Below are positions 24,625 through 37,768 of a DNA stretch of 64,000 bases, piece by piece. The number at the start of each line of letters is the position of its first letter. The stretch's first letter is position 1. Made by a program: the position numbers and the translations under genes. The DNA is from Botryllus schlosseri (taxonomy: Eukaryota), in the NCBI GenBank assembly GCA_051294905.1, contig CM119372.1:30692001-30756000 (forward strand), read 5' to 3'. The notes under the pieces are model-generated. The model had not been told where the DNA came from and did not search any database. It saw only the letters and a program-made list of their open reading frames with translations.

Positions 24625-24940
24625 CACTGGTTCTCTAACTTTTTTTAGACACGCCTCCCTTACGACAGTGAAATATTTCGTGCCACTTTTATCGTCATAT
24701 CACACAATGAAACCAGAATGTTAGCAATCCTTACAGATAGGTTGATGGTATGGAAGGTTATGACTGTTGATGAGAGAATTCTCCAATATGAAATTCGGTC
24801 TATACGCAGAGCAATAACTATGAAATGGAGATGAATCGCGCCAAGCGCGGAAAAAATGTCAGTTTACCGGAGCTTCACGCCCTCTTCAGATGCTTTCACG
24901 GCGCCCAAGGGGGGCCCGCCCCCCAGTTTGAGAACCGCTG
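24625..24940. mobile_element. hAT-type MITE (nested)
   Basis: TIR CACTGGTTCTC...GAGAACCGCTG; exact TSD GTTTAGCC (24617-24624, 24941-24948). Confidence 0.88.
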
Positions 24941-24953
24941 GTTTAGCCTATAT

Positions 24954-25341
24954 CAGTGGTTCCCAACGTGGGCGATATCGCCCCCCAGGGGGCGATTTGG
25001 CGATCTAGGGGGGCGAAAATGACGAAGGGGGCGACAGGGGGGCGAAAATGGACAAAGGGGGCGACGGGGGGCGAAAATAGCGAAGGGGGCGATAGGGGGG
25101 CGATGACGCGTAAAAACGGCTGACCTTTTTTTTTTTAGTCATCCACCTAGCAATGCGGAGCGAAAAAACGTTATTTTCAGCTCTGAGCGGTGAAAGATGA
25201 CCTTTTTTTTTTTTTTTTTTAGTCAACCCGTTGGTGATTACAGTCTGTATGCCCAATTATCGGTGCACAAAATTTGGGGGGCGATGATCGGTGTTGACCT
25301 TGAAAAGGGGGCGATGGGTCGAAAAAGGTTGGGAACCACTG
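24954..25341. mobile_element. hAT-type MITE with GGGGGCGA repeats (nested)
   Basis: TIR CAGTGGTTCCCAAC...GTTGGGAACCACTG; exact TSD GCCTATAT (24946-24953, 25342-25349). Confidence 0.92.
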
Positions 25342-26652
25342 GCCTATATTGTAATTCACAAAATTTTCTGTTGCTACTGAAGTATGGGAAACAGTTTGGC
25401 ATGGCCGAGTTATCTAGTTATAACGCGGCACGCATAGAACACCGATGTAAATAGGCTAATTATTGCAGGTGGCGACTGTGTACCAAGGCCTCATAGCCTT
25501 GCGGCCCCTCGTCGTCATTCTGGTCCGTACCGGATTTTCACTGGTGCGACGAATAAATGATTGATTGATTGCTTATTTTATGTTGTGATTGTCAGGATTC
25601 CATAAAATTTTAATTGAGATTGTAATTGAGCAAAATTTTTATCAAATTATAATTACAATTACAATTACACAAAATAGAAATGCTCCAATTACAATTACAA
25701 TTACATGAAAAAATGTAAGTAATTACATTCAGCTCAATTACAAATTACAATTGATCCAACTCTGGCAGACTCACTACCGTAAAATCTAAACTGAACGTAC
25801 ATATATCTTGTCTTAAAATGGCGTAACTGCGCGGTGGGTCAACAAGTCGAGCTTCGCTTCCGAATCCACAAATAATAATTTTAAACCAGTTCCTGCCTGT
25901 GGAAATATTTGTGTATATCTTGATTTTCCACAGTGTGGTCAATGTCTCTATACATTAATGTTTAATGTTTTAAGCGACAACCAATTTTGCTTATGGAGCA
26001 GGAAAACCACTGATTAACAATAGCTTGAGACCCATAGCAACTTGTCGTACCGGGTTATTACTAATGCGTGGCAGATCGACAGTTTCTCTGGTTGGATTCT
26101 CTGGTCCGGATCCGGATTGACTCCTAGGCCGGAATTTTGAAATGACCGAGATCCGGACGGAAAAGCTCCGATAAATCATCAACGAGGTTATGTTTCTAGT
26201 AAACTACAAAAGCAGTAGACCGTATACGGTACGGGTTCAGGTTGGATATTGAATATTATAATAAAAGAAACATTACAATAAAAACTCAAACCTGTACTGA
26301 AGACAGGTTTGCATAGGCAGCTACTGGCGTGTGGTTGGTTATTAGTTACAACAGTCATGCTCAATCGCTCATGCCTCAATAGCGATTCTGACCGTAACAA
26401 AAAAGTGCGAGTCCGACTCCGATCCGGCTCCGCCCGAAAATGAAAAAGAAAAATCGGCCGAATGCGACCGGTCGGGCCCCGGTCCTTGCCCCGCTCTAGT
26501 AATTACGAGGACAAAGTCAAAGTGAACTTGTTCACATCAAGCCGGCGACCCGAACTGAAAATATATTCAATCCGGTTGTGGCGGTCGGTGATTGGAGTAT
26601 CTGGTTGTATTCGAATTATCATTTGAACCTGGTAAATCTACAAGTTTCTGAC

Positions 26653-26918
26653 TGTAGCGTTCGGTGCAACGACTTGTTGCAAGACACGCTGGTATAGTGC
26701 TTGATTGGAGTCGACACTACTACTACTACTTGGCTGTTCTGTGTTATTAAAGAAAGCTCCTTGGATCTACGTGTGTGATCAGAATTGCAAGAGTACTCAA
26801 AGCGGTCATTAGTCAGTTGACTAGTGCGTACAACAGAAGCTGTAGCCGTAGCGTCGACTCCAATCAAGCACTGTATACCAGCGTGTCTTGCAACAAGTCG
26901 TTGCACCGACCGCTGCAA
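26653..26918. repeat. ~70-bp inverted repeat pair (probable decayed MITE)
   Basis: 26653-26720 is the near-exact reverse complement of 26848-26918; weaker symmetry extends to ~26617/26990. Confidence 0.75.
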
Positions 26919-27049
26919 CGGTATTCTGAGAAAGATGCTGTCTTTACCTTTCCAATCACAAACCGCAACGTCACCGGATTTCAAATACATAAATGCACAC
27001 TGCACAGCTAACGGATTCAAGCTAAGCAAACTATAAGTGGCTGCAATCT

Positions 27050-27215
27050 TGCCCTACCTCATCCTCTCGCGGCACTCTTGAGCATTCCAAATGACGGATA
27101 GCATGGAGGAGAAAAAACCGGGGGTGCAGACTAAATGACTTTATCGTATCGCATCTCCGTCGTCAAAGCATCTCGATGGTGCAGGCGAAAAAGAATACCA
27201 TATATATATATATAT
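27050..27215 (+). mobile_element. 5'-truncated copy of SINE family C with (TA)n tail
   Basis: ACGGATAGCATGG.AG.AGAAAAAAC and GTCAAAGCATCTCGATGGTGC match the reverse complement of ~9850-9950. Confidence 0.75.
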
Positions 27216-27896
27216 CTCTCACCCCAGGGTGCCGCGATGCCTCGACTGGAAACCACTGTTCTACAATCTGTGTTGGATGACAATGCCCTATGATGTTATC
27301 CATACGGGATATCTGTCTTTATCCGTACTACTTTTTCACGGCGTATACCATGGGGTTGTAGAGTCTGGTATCTAGTGAATCCAATATTGTGTAGGTCACA
27401 AAACGTTGTAAGGAGTCGGTAACTCCAAGACACGTCCATATGTAGTTCGTATTAAAACGTTGAACAATACCGTGTTCACTGTTCATTTTCGAATTAACGT
27501 TCGCATGTCAACATCGTCCAACACCCCCATTTATATTAACCACGAGCTGTCTCTACTATTGCGCGATACAGAAACTAATAGGCCTATTGCAATCATGACG
27601 TCGGCCGGACATCGTTATGCGTAGTGATGACCAACATCCCGTAGGTAGCGATGTGCGCAATGCTTGATACAAAATGACAGTTTTTAACTCATTGATATTA
27701 ATGTCCCATGTTTTATAATCCTTGATCAGTCACGGCGATTGATCGTTGGGCATTGGACACAGAACAATATTATTCACACAAAATCAAACAACACTGTATT
27801 TCACAATTTTACACTTTGATACAATGCTCCTCCAATTCAAGTATACTGCCCTTTAGATGTCAAATCTCATCAGTTGGAATCTTACTATTTCGGATT

Positions 27897-29507
27897 TCAG
27901 CAATTCTGCGAGTTCAAAAATCCATTCTTCAAAGACTTTGAATCAGCACTGTCCTTAGTTGATTCAAGACTCTTCAAGAAATCATCGACCTTCTTTTTAT
28001 CTTTAACAATATAAAAAGATGCTATAAAATATGATACCGCTCCAATTACACTAACAAATATTGTCATATACATTGATTTTTTCATAGACGTATACTTGGT
28101 CATGTAAGTATCCGGCATGCTTGATGCAAGGGCATCAGATATCACCCCAATAATATAGGGACTCCCAGCATCTCCAAACAAATGCCCAATTAGAAGTTGA
28201 ACTCCATTCGCTGTGGACCTTCTATTGGGCTGTGTTACATATAGCGTCATGTCGCTAATCATGGTTAGTGTCCCACACAGTAACAACTCGGAAAAAAATA
28301 TTGAGAGCCACGCCACAATCAACTGAGATTTTACACACTCAATTGCGATAAATAACAACGGCGATGCCACCACCAAACTAATTGCGCACACGAGAGCATC
28401 AGCGTTAAGTTTGCCACGGAGCCTCCACCGCCGTACCAATTCCGCACTGATTATAACACCGAAAAACCCAGCTACGCAAATTACGACTCCAAAGATAAAA
28501 TTGATTTTCGCATTGCCGCACACATCGCCTTGACATGCTGGCAGACTACCGATGGCAAATTGTGAATTTGTAATGTATGTAGGACCCCACAGAGAGAGCG
28601 ATCCGATCACAAACGCCGTGAAGGTGTACCCAAGAGTGACCCAAATAAATGACTTATTTCTAGTAAGGTAATGAAGATCGTTGCAGTAAGAATGTCGAAC
28701 TCCGACACTCGCACCAGCACCCGACTTTTCACTTGCGCCACGTACCGGATTTGGACACACAAGTATTAGTAGCGAAACGCTCATCACTCCAAACATCGGA
28801 GTCACTCGAAATGCCCATTCCCAGCCTCCTAGGGCTTCCGCAATACCGGCACCGATAATGAAACCCAAACCACTACCGACTGGGATGCCAAAATAGTATA
28901 CGGTCAGCATCCTTGTTCTTATAGACCCGTAAAACATGTCCGCAATCAACGTAGGCGCGATTGTAGAGCAACAAGCGTCCCCGACGCTAACAAGAGCTCT
29001 TGTCAATAGGAATAGCGGGAAATAATCAGGATTCTGAATAAATGACGAAAGTAGGGTCAGTCCCGACGATATTATGATTGCTCCGGCTGTAATCCAGATA
29101 CGGTTCCACCTGTCGCCCAGGTAGCCGAACATTGGGGCTGCCAGCATGTCACTGATGACGTATACAGTCTGAAGGAGACCAGCTTGAGCGTTAGTGATTT
29201 CAAAATTGTGTCTGATTCCAATCAATACACCAGCGACGGTGTATCTGTCGATGTAGATGAGTAGCTTGATGAACGTGAGAATTGCAACTCCAGCGTATCG
29301 CTTCCATTTTGGTATTTCTGATTTTGCGTGAGGTCGCGAATCGGTATTCAGTGGCGCATCAGTGCGAACGGGTGACCCATTGATTGGCCGGCGTTGAAAG
29401 TGACTGTTTCTCACAGATGTGCCCTCAGCGGAATCGGACTGGTCCATCCGCATGTCTCTGTTAGGTTCAGTGTTGTATTTTCCAGAGAACAGATTCATTT
29501 TAAACAT
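27897..29507 (-). CDS. Spinster-like MFS transporter (SPNS1/2/3 family), intronless coding region
   Basis: Uninterrupted ~536-aa frame from the first ATG (start may be a later Met). Spinster motifs YIDRYTVAGVL, QAGLLQTV, APMFGYLGDRWNR, STIAPTLIADMF, IPVGSGLGFI, WEWAFRVTP, HLFGDAGSPYIIGVISD; ~12 hydrophobic helices. Confidence 0.92.
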   Translation of the reverse strand: MFKMNLFSGKYNTEPNRDMRMDQSDSAEGTSVRNSHFQRRPINGSPVRTDAPLNTDSRPHAKSEIPKWKRYAGVAILTFIKLLIYIDRYTVAGVLIGIRHNFEITNAQAGLLQTVYVISDMLAAPMFGYLGDRWNRIWITAGAIIISSGLTLLSSFIQNPDYFPLFLLTRALVSVGDACCSTIAPTLIADMFYGSIRTRMLTVYYFGIPVGSGLGFIIGAGIAEALGGWEWAFRVTPMFGVMSVSLLILVCPNPVRGASEKSGAGASVGVRHSYCNDLHYLTRNKSFIWVTLGYTFTAFVIGSLSLWGPTYITNSQFAIGSLPACQGDVCGNAKINFIFGVVICVAGFFGVIISAELVRRWRLRGKLNADALVCAISLVVASPLLFIAIECVKSQLIVAWLSIFFSELLLCGTLTMISDMTLYVTQPNRRSTANGVQLLIGHLFGDAGSPYIIGVISDALASSMPDTYMTKYTSMKKSMYMTIFVSVIGAVSYFIASFYIVKDKKKVDDFLKSLESTKDSADSKSLKNGFLNSQNC

Positions 29508-30205
29508 ACTTCTCTTCAAAAGAATGAAAAATATATTGTTGAACAACTGAAACTGTTATGGCTATAAGGTTACCCTGCAAACAAAATTGGGTTATTTTCA
29601 ATCCGGTACAGGTATAGTTTTTAGTTATATGTTCAAAATTTCAAAATATGTTTAGAAAAACCGTGTAGCGTGAGCAATTGAGCATACTGTCAACTTTCGA
29701 GTAGCCTACAATATGTAATCCGCGACATTTAATATATCAGCAGTTGTACCATGCGGATCCTAGGTATATCAATGAACAACATATCCAGCATGTTATGGAT
29801 AGGTGAAGTATTTTTCAGTCTGATCACTGCTGGTGGTATCATTTTGAAACATAGCCGCATCGTCGTGGATTCATTTTGAGATGAAAGATGACCACACAAT
29901 AATTGTTTATAGTCCGATCTGTTTGGGAGTGGAGAAGGGACTTCAATTTATTTTCATCAGTAGATGATAGTGGCTGAACAAACATTCAGAGGTCCTGGGA
30001 GGTTTTCTCCTATTCGGGAAATTGAAAATGTCCTCCGATGTCAACACCACAGCAGCATCGTTAAAAAGTGGGTGATTCGGGACTCGAGCTGGCAAGATGA
30101 AAATTTTTTAGTCAACATAACAATATTTCCGGTACAGAGTAAAGAATAAGCAACTTTCCTGTCCGGTAATCTTTGTAAAAAGTGTCCTCCTTTGTGGATT
30201 CCAAA

Positions 30206-32536
30206 CAGACATGGGGTAATCGTGATTAGTAATCGTAATCGATAACGACGATTACAGCATTTTCAAGTAATCGTAATCGCAATCGATTACATTCGAAAAA
30301 ATTCCGAAGTAATCGTAATCGTAATCGACTACTTTCCACATCTAATCGATTTCTTCGTGAAAGAACGATTACTTTTTATTTGTACAAGGACTGTGACGCA
30401 TATGTCATAAACTGAACATTCGTGAACAATGAAGAGATATTATACCAGGCTCGTGATAGCACGAACGTCTGATTTTCAAATGCCATTGCTCATTATTACG
30501 TCAGAAGTAGCCAATTAGCTTTGCTAGTCATTGCGTAAGAAGTATCCACAGCAAATAGACATATTCGATGTACGTACATTAGTCTGATCGTAAGAACACC
30601 CGCCGTGCTGTACATCAGGTTATCAAAACGTTTAACACGTCAGTACCTCGCAGCAGGATAATTAATCACCACCCTGCCTAGTTTAAAATAGTAACTTGTG
30701 TATTGATGTTTGGTTATGCTTATAGTTAAACGCAGTTTGACCGATGCTGCTTGGCGAACACTAGGCCTATGTAGTGCGTACGTACACCGGACAAAGATTT
30801 GAAATTTTGTACTCGTCAAATAAAACATTACGGTTTCCACAACGAAGCATTGAAAATCTACAGCTGCATCATAACCGAGTCGTTTTTGCCGTTTCTTGTA
30901 ACGGCAGCTTGCTCTAGCCGACATTATCTGTATCAAGTCGAATGCAGAATTTTATGAATGAGAATCTTATTCTCCTATGACTCTACTTGAAACGGGCGCC
31001 AATCCTCATTTCACAATTCTTTACTCCACATTGGGACCTGCCGTCATAGCCATGGGCTTATATATCATGTTAGCGTGGGCTGTAGCTAGAATCAGGACCA
31101 AAACAGTAACTCGTCCCCCAGTCCAAACGTTGGTTTTTGGCCCTCATAGGGTGATATTTTCAAGTTGAAGTCTGAATTTCGTCAATAATAATGGTACCTG
31201 TAGAGCTGGGGGCACGTAATTCATAATTATAACGTCTGGTATCCTGTTTTACTTTAGTGTATGTTGTTAATTCGTGACCTCCATCCAGTCTGTGATATAA
31301 TCAAAAGATGTTGTTGTAACCCAAACGTAGCAGACTAAAAGAAAAACTTTCGTGAGACGCAGACACAAATTGTCATGTCTTTAATGCTCTGTGGGTGCCC
31401 GGGTGGCATTTTCATTGTGTGCTCAGATTGGAAGGACCGTGGACTACTAGTCACGCCCACCCAGCGCGGCTATTGGCAATGGACACATACCCTAAGTTTT
31501 GGCCAAGGTCTTTCTTTAGTATAGCACACTTCGTGAAGTCGCGTCTTGGTCGAAACGGCATATGTCTTTTAGCGTGTCGTGGCACGGTATTGACTGGAAC
31601 CTAAATTCCTATTACTATAAACTAGGGTTGCATTTAAAACAAAAATTTCGAATAAACATGTTTGAATCATTTTTTTTTTTAGCCGTGACGTCACCAATGT
31701 GTATTGACATTGACATTAAAAAATATAGGGTAAATATAGCTCCTTTGACGAAATATCTGTCGTATAACTGTTGAACCGACTATTTTGAGGGTTCCAACCA
31801 TCCCATATCGATGTACGTCGGCTGAATAGGGTAGTTACTGTCCGTATAGGCTCATTCAACATGTTTTTTGAAAAGTATTTACACAATTATGGCATAATTT
31901 TACAACCTAAAAAAACACATTTTTAAAAAATCTTTGTTCAAAATATGTTTTAAACAAAGTGTTTTAAACAACCATTTGATTTAAATGCAGCCCTACTATT
32001 AATAATGTAGGCTATGCTTTTTTTGTTGAGGGGAAGACGTACGCATTTCAAAATCAAGCTTATCTAGAGAGAATTTTCTAGTCAATTTAATCTCTCGAAA
32101 ATACTCAATAATTTATGTTGGTCTACGAATTACTTTGAGTCATCTTCGATCTCGCTCCTCACCCTATTTGGAAATTTGGGGTGCAGCAGTCAAGGACCTC
32201 GCAAGAATGCAAATCGTTGGGTGCGATAGAACGTCCTCTATAAAAATGGGCAATAGGTAGGCTCCATTATGACGCAACAAGCAAATGACGCATCTTTTTA
32301 AATGAAGTTTGTTATCTCATTAGGCCTTTTCAGCGCAATTCATATATTGTTTTCCAATATAACTTCTAAGATGCAAAATAAATGTAATCGTGAGTAATCG
32401 TGATTACTTTTCCAATGTAATCGTAATCGTAATCGACTACTTCCTGATTTTGCTGTAATCGTAATCGTAATCGTGTCATTCGGAAGTAATCGTAATCGCA
32501 ATCGATTACATTCATGAAGTAATCACCCCATGTCTG
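30206..32536. mobile_element. hAT-type non-autonomous element with GTAATC repeats
   Basis: TIR CAGACATGGGGT...ACCCCATGTCTG; TSD ATTCCAAA/AATCCAAA (1 mismatch). Confidence 0.88.
31623..31996. mobile_element. hAT-type MITE (TAGGGTTGCA family), nested
   Basis: TIR TAGGGTTGCATTTAAA...TTTAAATGCAGCCCTA; colinear with 13593-14145. Confidence 0.8.
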
Positions 32537-32853
32537 AATCCAAAATATGGTGACCAGGAAGGTCCTAAAGAGCATTTCGTCACCCCAAAAACGTTGGTGT
32601 TTGGCCCCCATAGAGTGATGAACTAAACTTCTAGGGGGGCGGCTTCGCCACCCGCAGCCCATCACGCTATAAGCCTACATTTGCATAGCTACTTTGTCAC
32701 CGATATTTCGTATGCCTGTTAGTGCTGCCACCTGAATCGCACTAAGCGCGAAAATTTTCAATAATTAATGATGGACGGTCAAATACTATTGGAAACTGGA
32801 AATCTAGGGCCCGTAAATAATAATTAAATATACTCGGGCGAGCCCGTTGGTAT

Positions 32854-34016
32854 CATGGCTGTGGAGTCGGGGGAGTCGGAGTTTGGCTAATTTTCGCTTG
32901 ATGGAGTCGGAATCGGAATCGGAGTCGTGAAAACTGTAGTGGGTGGAGTCGGAGTCGGAGTCGTGGAAAAAACACTGACTTCGACTCCGACTCCAACTTC
33001 ATTATCATGAAAACAATTGCTTACAAAGGTATCTTTAAATTACCAATAATAACTATCATAGGATTTTTATGTACCATCAATCACTGTTACTAGTAAAGAT
33101 ACAGATCGGGGGCGGCAAAACCGTGCCACGCAGCCTGAATGTGTCCGGCGAGAAGGTTTTGTGTGGCCTGCGAGGTAATTCCCGAAATTAGATATAACAT
33201 CAGGTAAAATTGCAAGGCCAACCAAAATATGATTGGCCTGACCGCGAAATTTGATGATGACTAAATCATCAGTTTCGACACATTGGCGTAACCTGGGGCC
33301 AGCCACATTCATCGCAGATCTTCGTATATGATCATAAAGTAGAATATTCCGTACTAAAAAAAGGTTATCAACAATCAAATTGCCCGCTCAATGGTTCGTA
33401 AATCGCATGTGGCCCTTTAGCCGAAAAGGTTGGCCACCCCTGACATTGATAGAATTGGACATCATTTGCAAATTACAATTCAGTTGTATAGAGGAAGAAA
33501 GAAGAAATATGCATCTTCGCGATGCAGTCACAAATTGATGCATTTTTTGGAATTATACCATGATATCGTGACCGAGCAAATATATCGTGTGTGAATGATT
33601 TATACATATTGGCTTATTAGAGAGTCCATGTTATAAAACCTGATAAAATATGAAAAAGGGAAGGATATTTAGAACAGCAATCTTTTATGCATAGTGAATA
33701 ATTCGAGCTGTGCCACAATGAAAGAATTTTGCATGCCATCGTTATTCACATGTAAGCATATGTTTAATGGTTATATGATAGTCATTTAACCGTCACTGTG
33801 GCATATAATTTTCAAAGTAAATTGGTAATACTGTTGGAGTCGGGGTTGGAGTCGGAGTCGGAGTCGGTAGGTTTAAAGACTCAGGAGTCGGAGTCGAAGC
33901 CGGAGTCGGTACGTTTAAAGACTCAGGAGTCGGAGTCGGAGTCGGTCCATTGAAAATGTGTGGAGTCGGAGTCGGAGTTGAAGTCGGTAGTAAAATTTAC
34001 CGACCTTACAGCCCTG
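32854..34016. mobile_element. hAT-type element with GGAGTC repeats; contains another hAT MITE at ~33105-33442
   Basis: TIR CATGGCTGT...ACAGCCCTG; exact TSD GTTGGTAT (32846-32853, 34017-34024). Confidence 0.9.
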
Positions 34017-35892
34017 GTTGGTATATAATAACTTCGTTACATGATGTTATTTTGTGACCTGCAATGGCAAACGATATTGAAATCGCCCAACCGTACTAAA
34101 CTAAAATATGTAACACGATTTCAAATTGGCATTTCTTCGCTGGCACATATTTTTTCTCGGCGGGATGACATTTCTCTTGTGGGGTTCAGATTGCCAGGAC
34201 AGAAACAGTCGGCGCCAGCCATTACGGCGCCTATGGAAATTATAAATGTATATTTATTGGAGTTTTCGGTCAGCATAAGGGCAGTTCGTTTCAGCCAAGA
34301 TTTTCTCGCTGCCGGTCGTTCTGGCACACTTCTCGGAGTCGCATGTTACATGGCGTAAAACTTCATATGTATTGGTGCGTCATGGCGCTGTAATGGCCAA
34401 CGCCGAAATGCATATTTCTATAAATCATGCTTATTTTTTCTTGGGGGAAGGGTACCCAATAATCAGGAAGTTCGGCAACGTTAAATCTGAGAAAGATGAA
34501 TAAATGTTTAAAAAAATAGTTTATAATTTATGGTCATTCACAAAATAATGTTGGGCCCCTTACGAGCTCGCCCCCCGATTGGGGGTTTGTGGTGCGGCAG
34601 TTATGGTCCTGACCCTAGGTTACATCCATGTTTCAAATTCATTTTCATTTTAAATACACCAATAGTTATGGCACCTTCAAACATAAGAGTCAAGATCAAT
34701 AATTTCCATTTCCGATATCATTCTTGTAGCGGTGGAGCCAATTGTTATAGCTGCCGAAAATAATGCGTTAGTGCAGTGCTCTTCAACATTTTTTGATGTG
34801 GTGAGCTCATGCACCCAGTATACAATGGAATTATGATAGTCAGGCTGCGGCACGTATGGTATACTGATCGCACCGCGACACTACGAAAGTCAGGCTGCAT
34901 TGTTGTTATAACACCACACCAGTTATTCTTAACGGATAAAACAAGGCGCGCACGACGAATCCCAAGTAGTGAACTTCGGCTTCTTTTTTGGCACCATTAC
35001 GTCAGGAATATTCAATAATGACGTCACACAGGATTCTCAATGTCATATATGTCTACTTTGTCGACAGAGATTACCGACCTCTATCTGCGTTTTATAACTG
35101 TTGAGCCGACACTACCAGTATCTCCATATCTTCATACTTTATTTTGAAAATATACAGACAATTATGACATAATTTACATCTTACGAAAAAAGTAAATGTT
35201 CGCATTTCTCAGTTACACCTTTCCGCCATCCTTTTGCCTACTTAGGAATACGCTTGAAGGATTAATTTGCGTTTACATTCGATCCAAGCGTATTGTTACA
35301 TCAAAGGCGCTCCATAGCAATGTAGCATAGCCTCCCTATTCAGATCACAATTGGGAGTCGGGCTGGTGAGTTCGGACTTTAAGTAATAGAACATAGTCAC
35401 AGTGGGCTGAAATCGTTGCAGAACCTTCGAGTCGAAATCGACAAAAATTTGAATGTCTGGTCCGGGCTGAAAATGCCGGTCTCAGTTTCAAGTACAATGG
35501 ATTGAAATAAATCGGTCAAATAAACACTCATGTGATCGTCCATCGCCGTAGCCAGAGGGCGAACGATAGCTTTGTTCCCGCCCTACGTTTTCGAAAGGGA
35601 TATTGTAGCGGAATCTGCTACTAGATCGTAACGATCGATATTGTTAGAAAAATTCAGATCTCATCAAATTAATCTGGTTCTCCTGAATAATCACTGACCA
35701 GCATTAACTTTATCGGCTTTAGTCGATATACTACTGATTCGGCGTATGCAGCATATGCAAACTAAATCACATATGCCGATGCGCAATACGACGACTCACC
35801 GGCATCCTCTTCAGATAAGTTCGGAAGTACGCAGTATCTGTGGAACGCTGCCATTATGACGCACGTCTCATCTCGAATATATTGCACCTTGG

Positions 35893-36070
35893 CAGAGGTG
35901 GTCAGTAACTAAGTACTTCTACTTTTTTGAAATACTCAAGTAGTTTTCCTCTACTTCTGGTACTTACTCAAGTAGATCTGATTTTCGCTACTTCTACTTC
36001 TACTTTGCAATATTTTGTTATCTACTTACTTACTTTTCGCTATTTTCAGTTTGTCACGTAGAAGTAGTTT
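35893..36070. mobile_element. One end of a hAT-type MITE with TACTT/AGTA repeats
   Basis: CAGAGGTGGTCAGTAACTAAGTAC terminus and repeated TACTT motifs; partner end and TSD not identified. Confidence 0.45.
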
Positions 36071-37490
36071 AATCCACCAATCAGGAAGATAACCTGAGGA
36101 ATATCTGAGCAGTTTTCACGGGGTATCGACATTTAATTTTCATAAAAGATGAGTAAAGATCAGAAATTTTCGTCGCGCTTCGCGTTCAGTGGATACGAAG
36201 TAACCATTATGACTTCACGATATAGTATCGGTGAATATAATTTAGCGGGTTGACGTGGTTCATTTCACAGTTCATTCCGCCCTTCGCCCATATGAAATAG
36301 TTCATCACGGTATATATGACTCATCATAATGTTTGAAACCGATGTTTCGCAATCTGGCATTTACTTATCGTTTCGTAATCTAACAGTACATGGCGTGACC
36401 TAATCTGAAAAAGTGGACTCCGACTTTTTTTTTACTTTTAGAGCTGTTTTAGCATACCACCTTTGAAACTTTCTGGACTAAAGACAAGAAATACATTTTT
36501 CGTTTTTTTAATATTATAGTATTTACATTTCACTTTCAATTCCCCGTATCATATACTTTGAGCTCTAATTACTATCAGTTCTTTTGTCTGGATAACATAT
36601 GTGTTTAAGCATAAAAGCAAGTGCAGTAATGCCTTTCATTTCCGAAAATAAAGCTACACAATATGGCATTTTTACGACCATCATATTTTTATTAACGTTT
36701 ACTAATCGCGCAAAGTGTTTACACCGTATCCTGTACAGCTTCTGTGTATTGCTCTTCGGCTAACTACGGGCCTTATAATATGGGGGAGTGCCCCATACCA
36801 TGATATTATCTAAAACGTGCTGTGCTGTTCGATTAAACAGAGGATTAGTATCGCATTTCCATATCAATACTATGATTTTCATCGCATGATGCGGACAAAT
36901 GCATCATAACTGTACTTGAGAAAATAGTGCGAGTAGTAAAAATAAACTTGAAGTACTTCGTTACTGTTCATCTCTGATTTTCTCTGGTTGTTTATGCCGT
37001 TTCCAATTCCACTTGTGTTCGGTACCATGGCTTATAACACGCGACACGCGGACCAAAGTTGTTTCGACGATATGGCTTGATCATGAAAAATGTGCCAACT
37101 TCTGTGTCATACAAGTTGGTTTGATATCACACTAACGCTGGTCGGACACAAGGTTTGTCTCATACGCTTTAAAGATCGCAGTAAAGATTATAGCTGCTGC
37201 AGATATGTTGAAATCGGAAACATGTAGGCCAACCTGATGAACCAAAATGGCATCTCTTTTCGGGAGATGAACGCGATTCCAGATTCACATTTCTTCACGG
37301 GGCTCATTCCTTCTTTCTATTTTCACAACGCCGCATTGACTGCGTGCGCCTGAACACATCAATATCGAACTTAGTGAACAACATGCAGCCGGCATTTGTT
37401 TCAATCATTTTAGAAGCGCGCTTCCCAGTGTCGCATGTTTCCTGAAACGTGTCCTGACGTCTCCTAGCGCTGTGCACACCCCTTCCCTAA

Positions 37491-37768
37491 GGTGGCGAGA
37501 TAGCGCAGTGGTATAATCCGCGGCTGCAACACCAATGGGTGCGGGTTCGAGTCCGACCGAGGTCGACTTCCGAATTCCGATACCTAAGTGTTGGAGGTTT
37601 ACCTAGGCTCCTCCTCGCCACCTCATCCGCGTCAGCGGTGTCTTACGAAAGCCTAGAGGTGGGCCGTGCTATAAGTCGGCATTTACGGAAAATATGAAGA
37701 ATATCGGCCTGGTGCAAATGACCACAGCAGTCGACAAACACCATAAATACCCCAAAACAAACAAACAA
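37491..37768 (+). mobile_element. tRNA-derived SINE (family A), full length
   Basis: A-box TAGCGCAGTGG, B-box GGTTCGAGTCC, (CAAA)n tail; 13-bp TSD ACCCCTTC(C/T)CTAA (37478-37490, 37769-37781). Confidence 0.92.

Larger units (their letters stand above)
23135..25764. mobile_element. Internally deleted hAT element with AATTAC repeats and BED-finger remnant
   Basis: TIR CAGAGTTGGATCAAT...ATTGATCCAACTCTG; exact TSD GCAGACTC (23127-23134, 25765-25772). Minus-strand remnant ACCNNCKNKFNFPIKASSNLITHLLR (~24420-24500) resembles zf-BED. Confidence 0.9.

Noticed and set aside
37491..37570. Functional tRNA gene
   Set aside because: Has A/B boxes but continues into a 200-bp body with (CAAA)n tail and TSD, and has a second dispersed copy; it is a SINE head.
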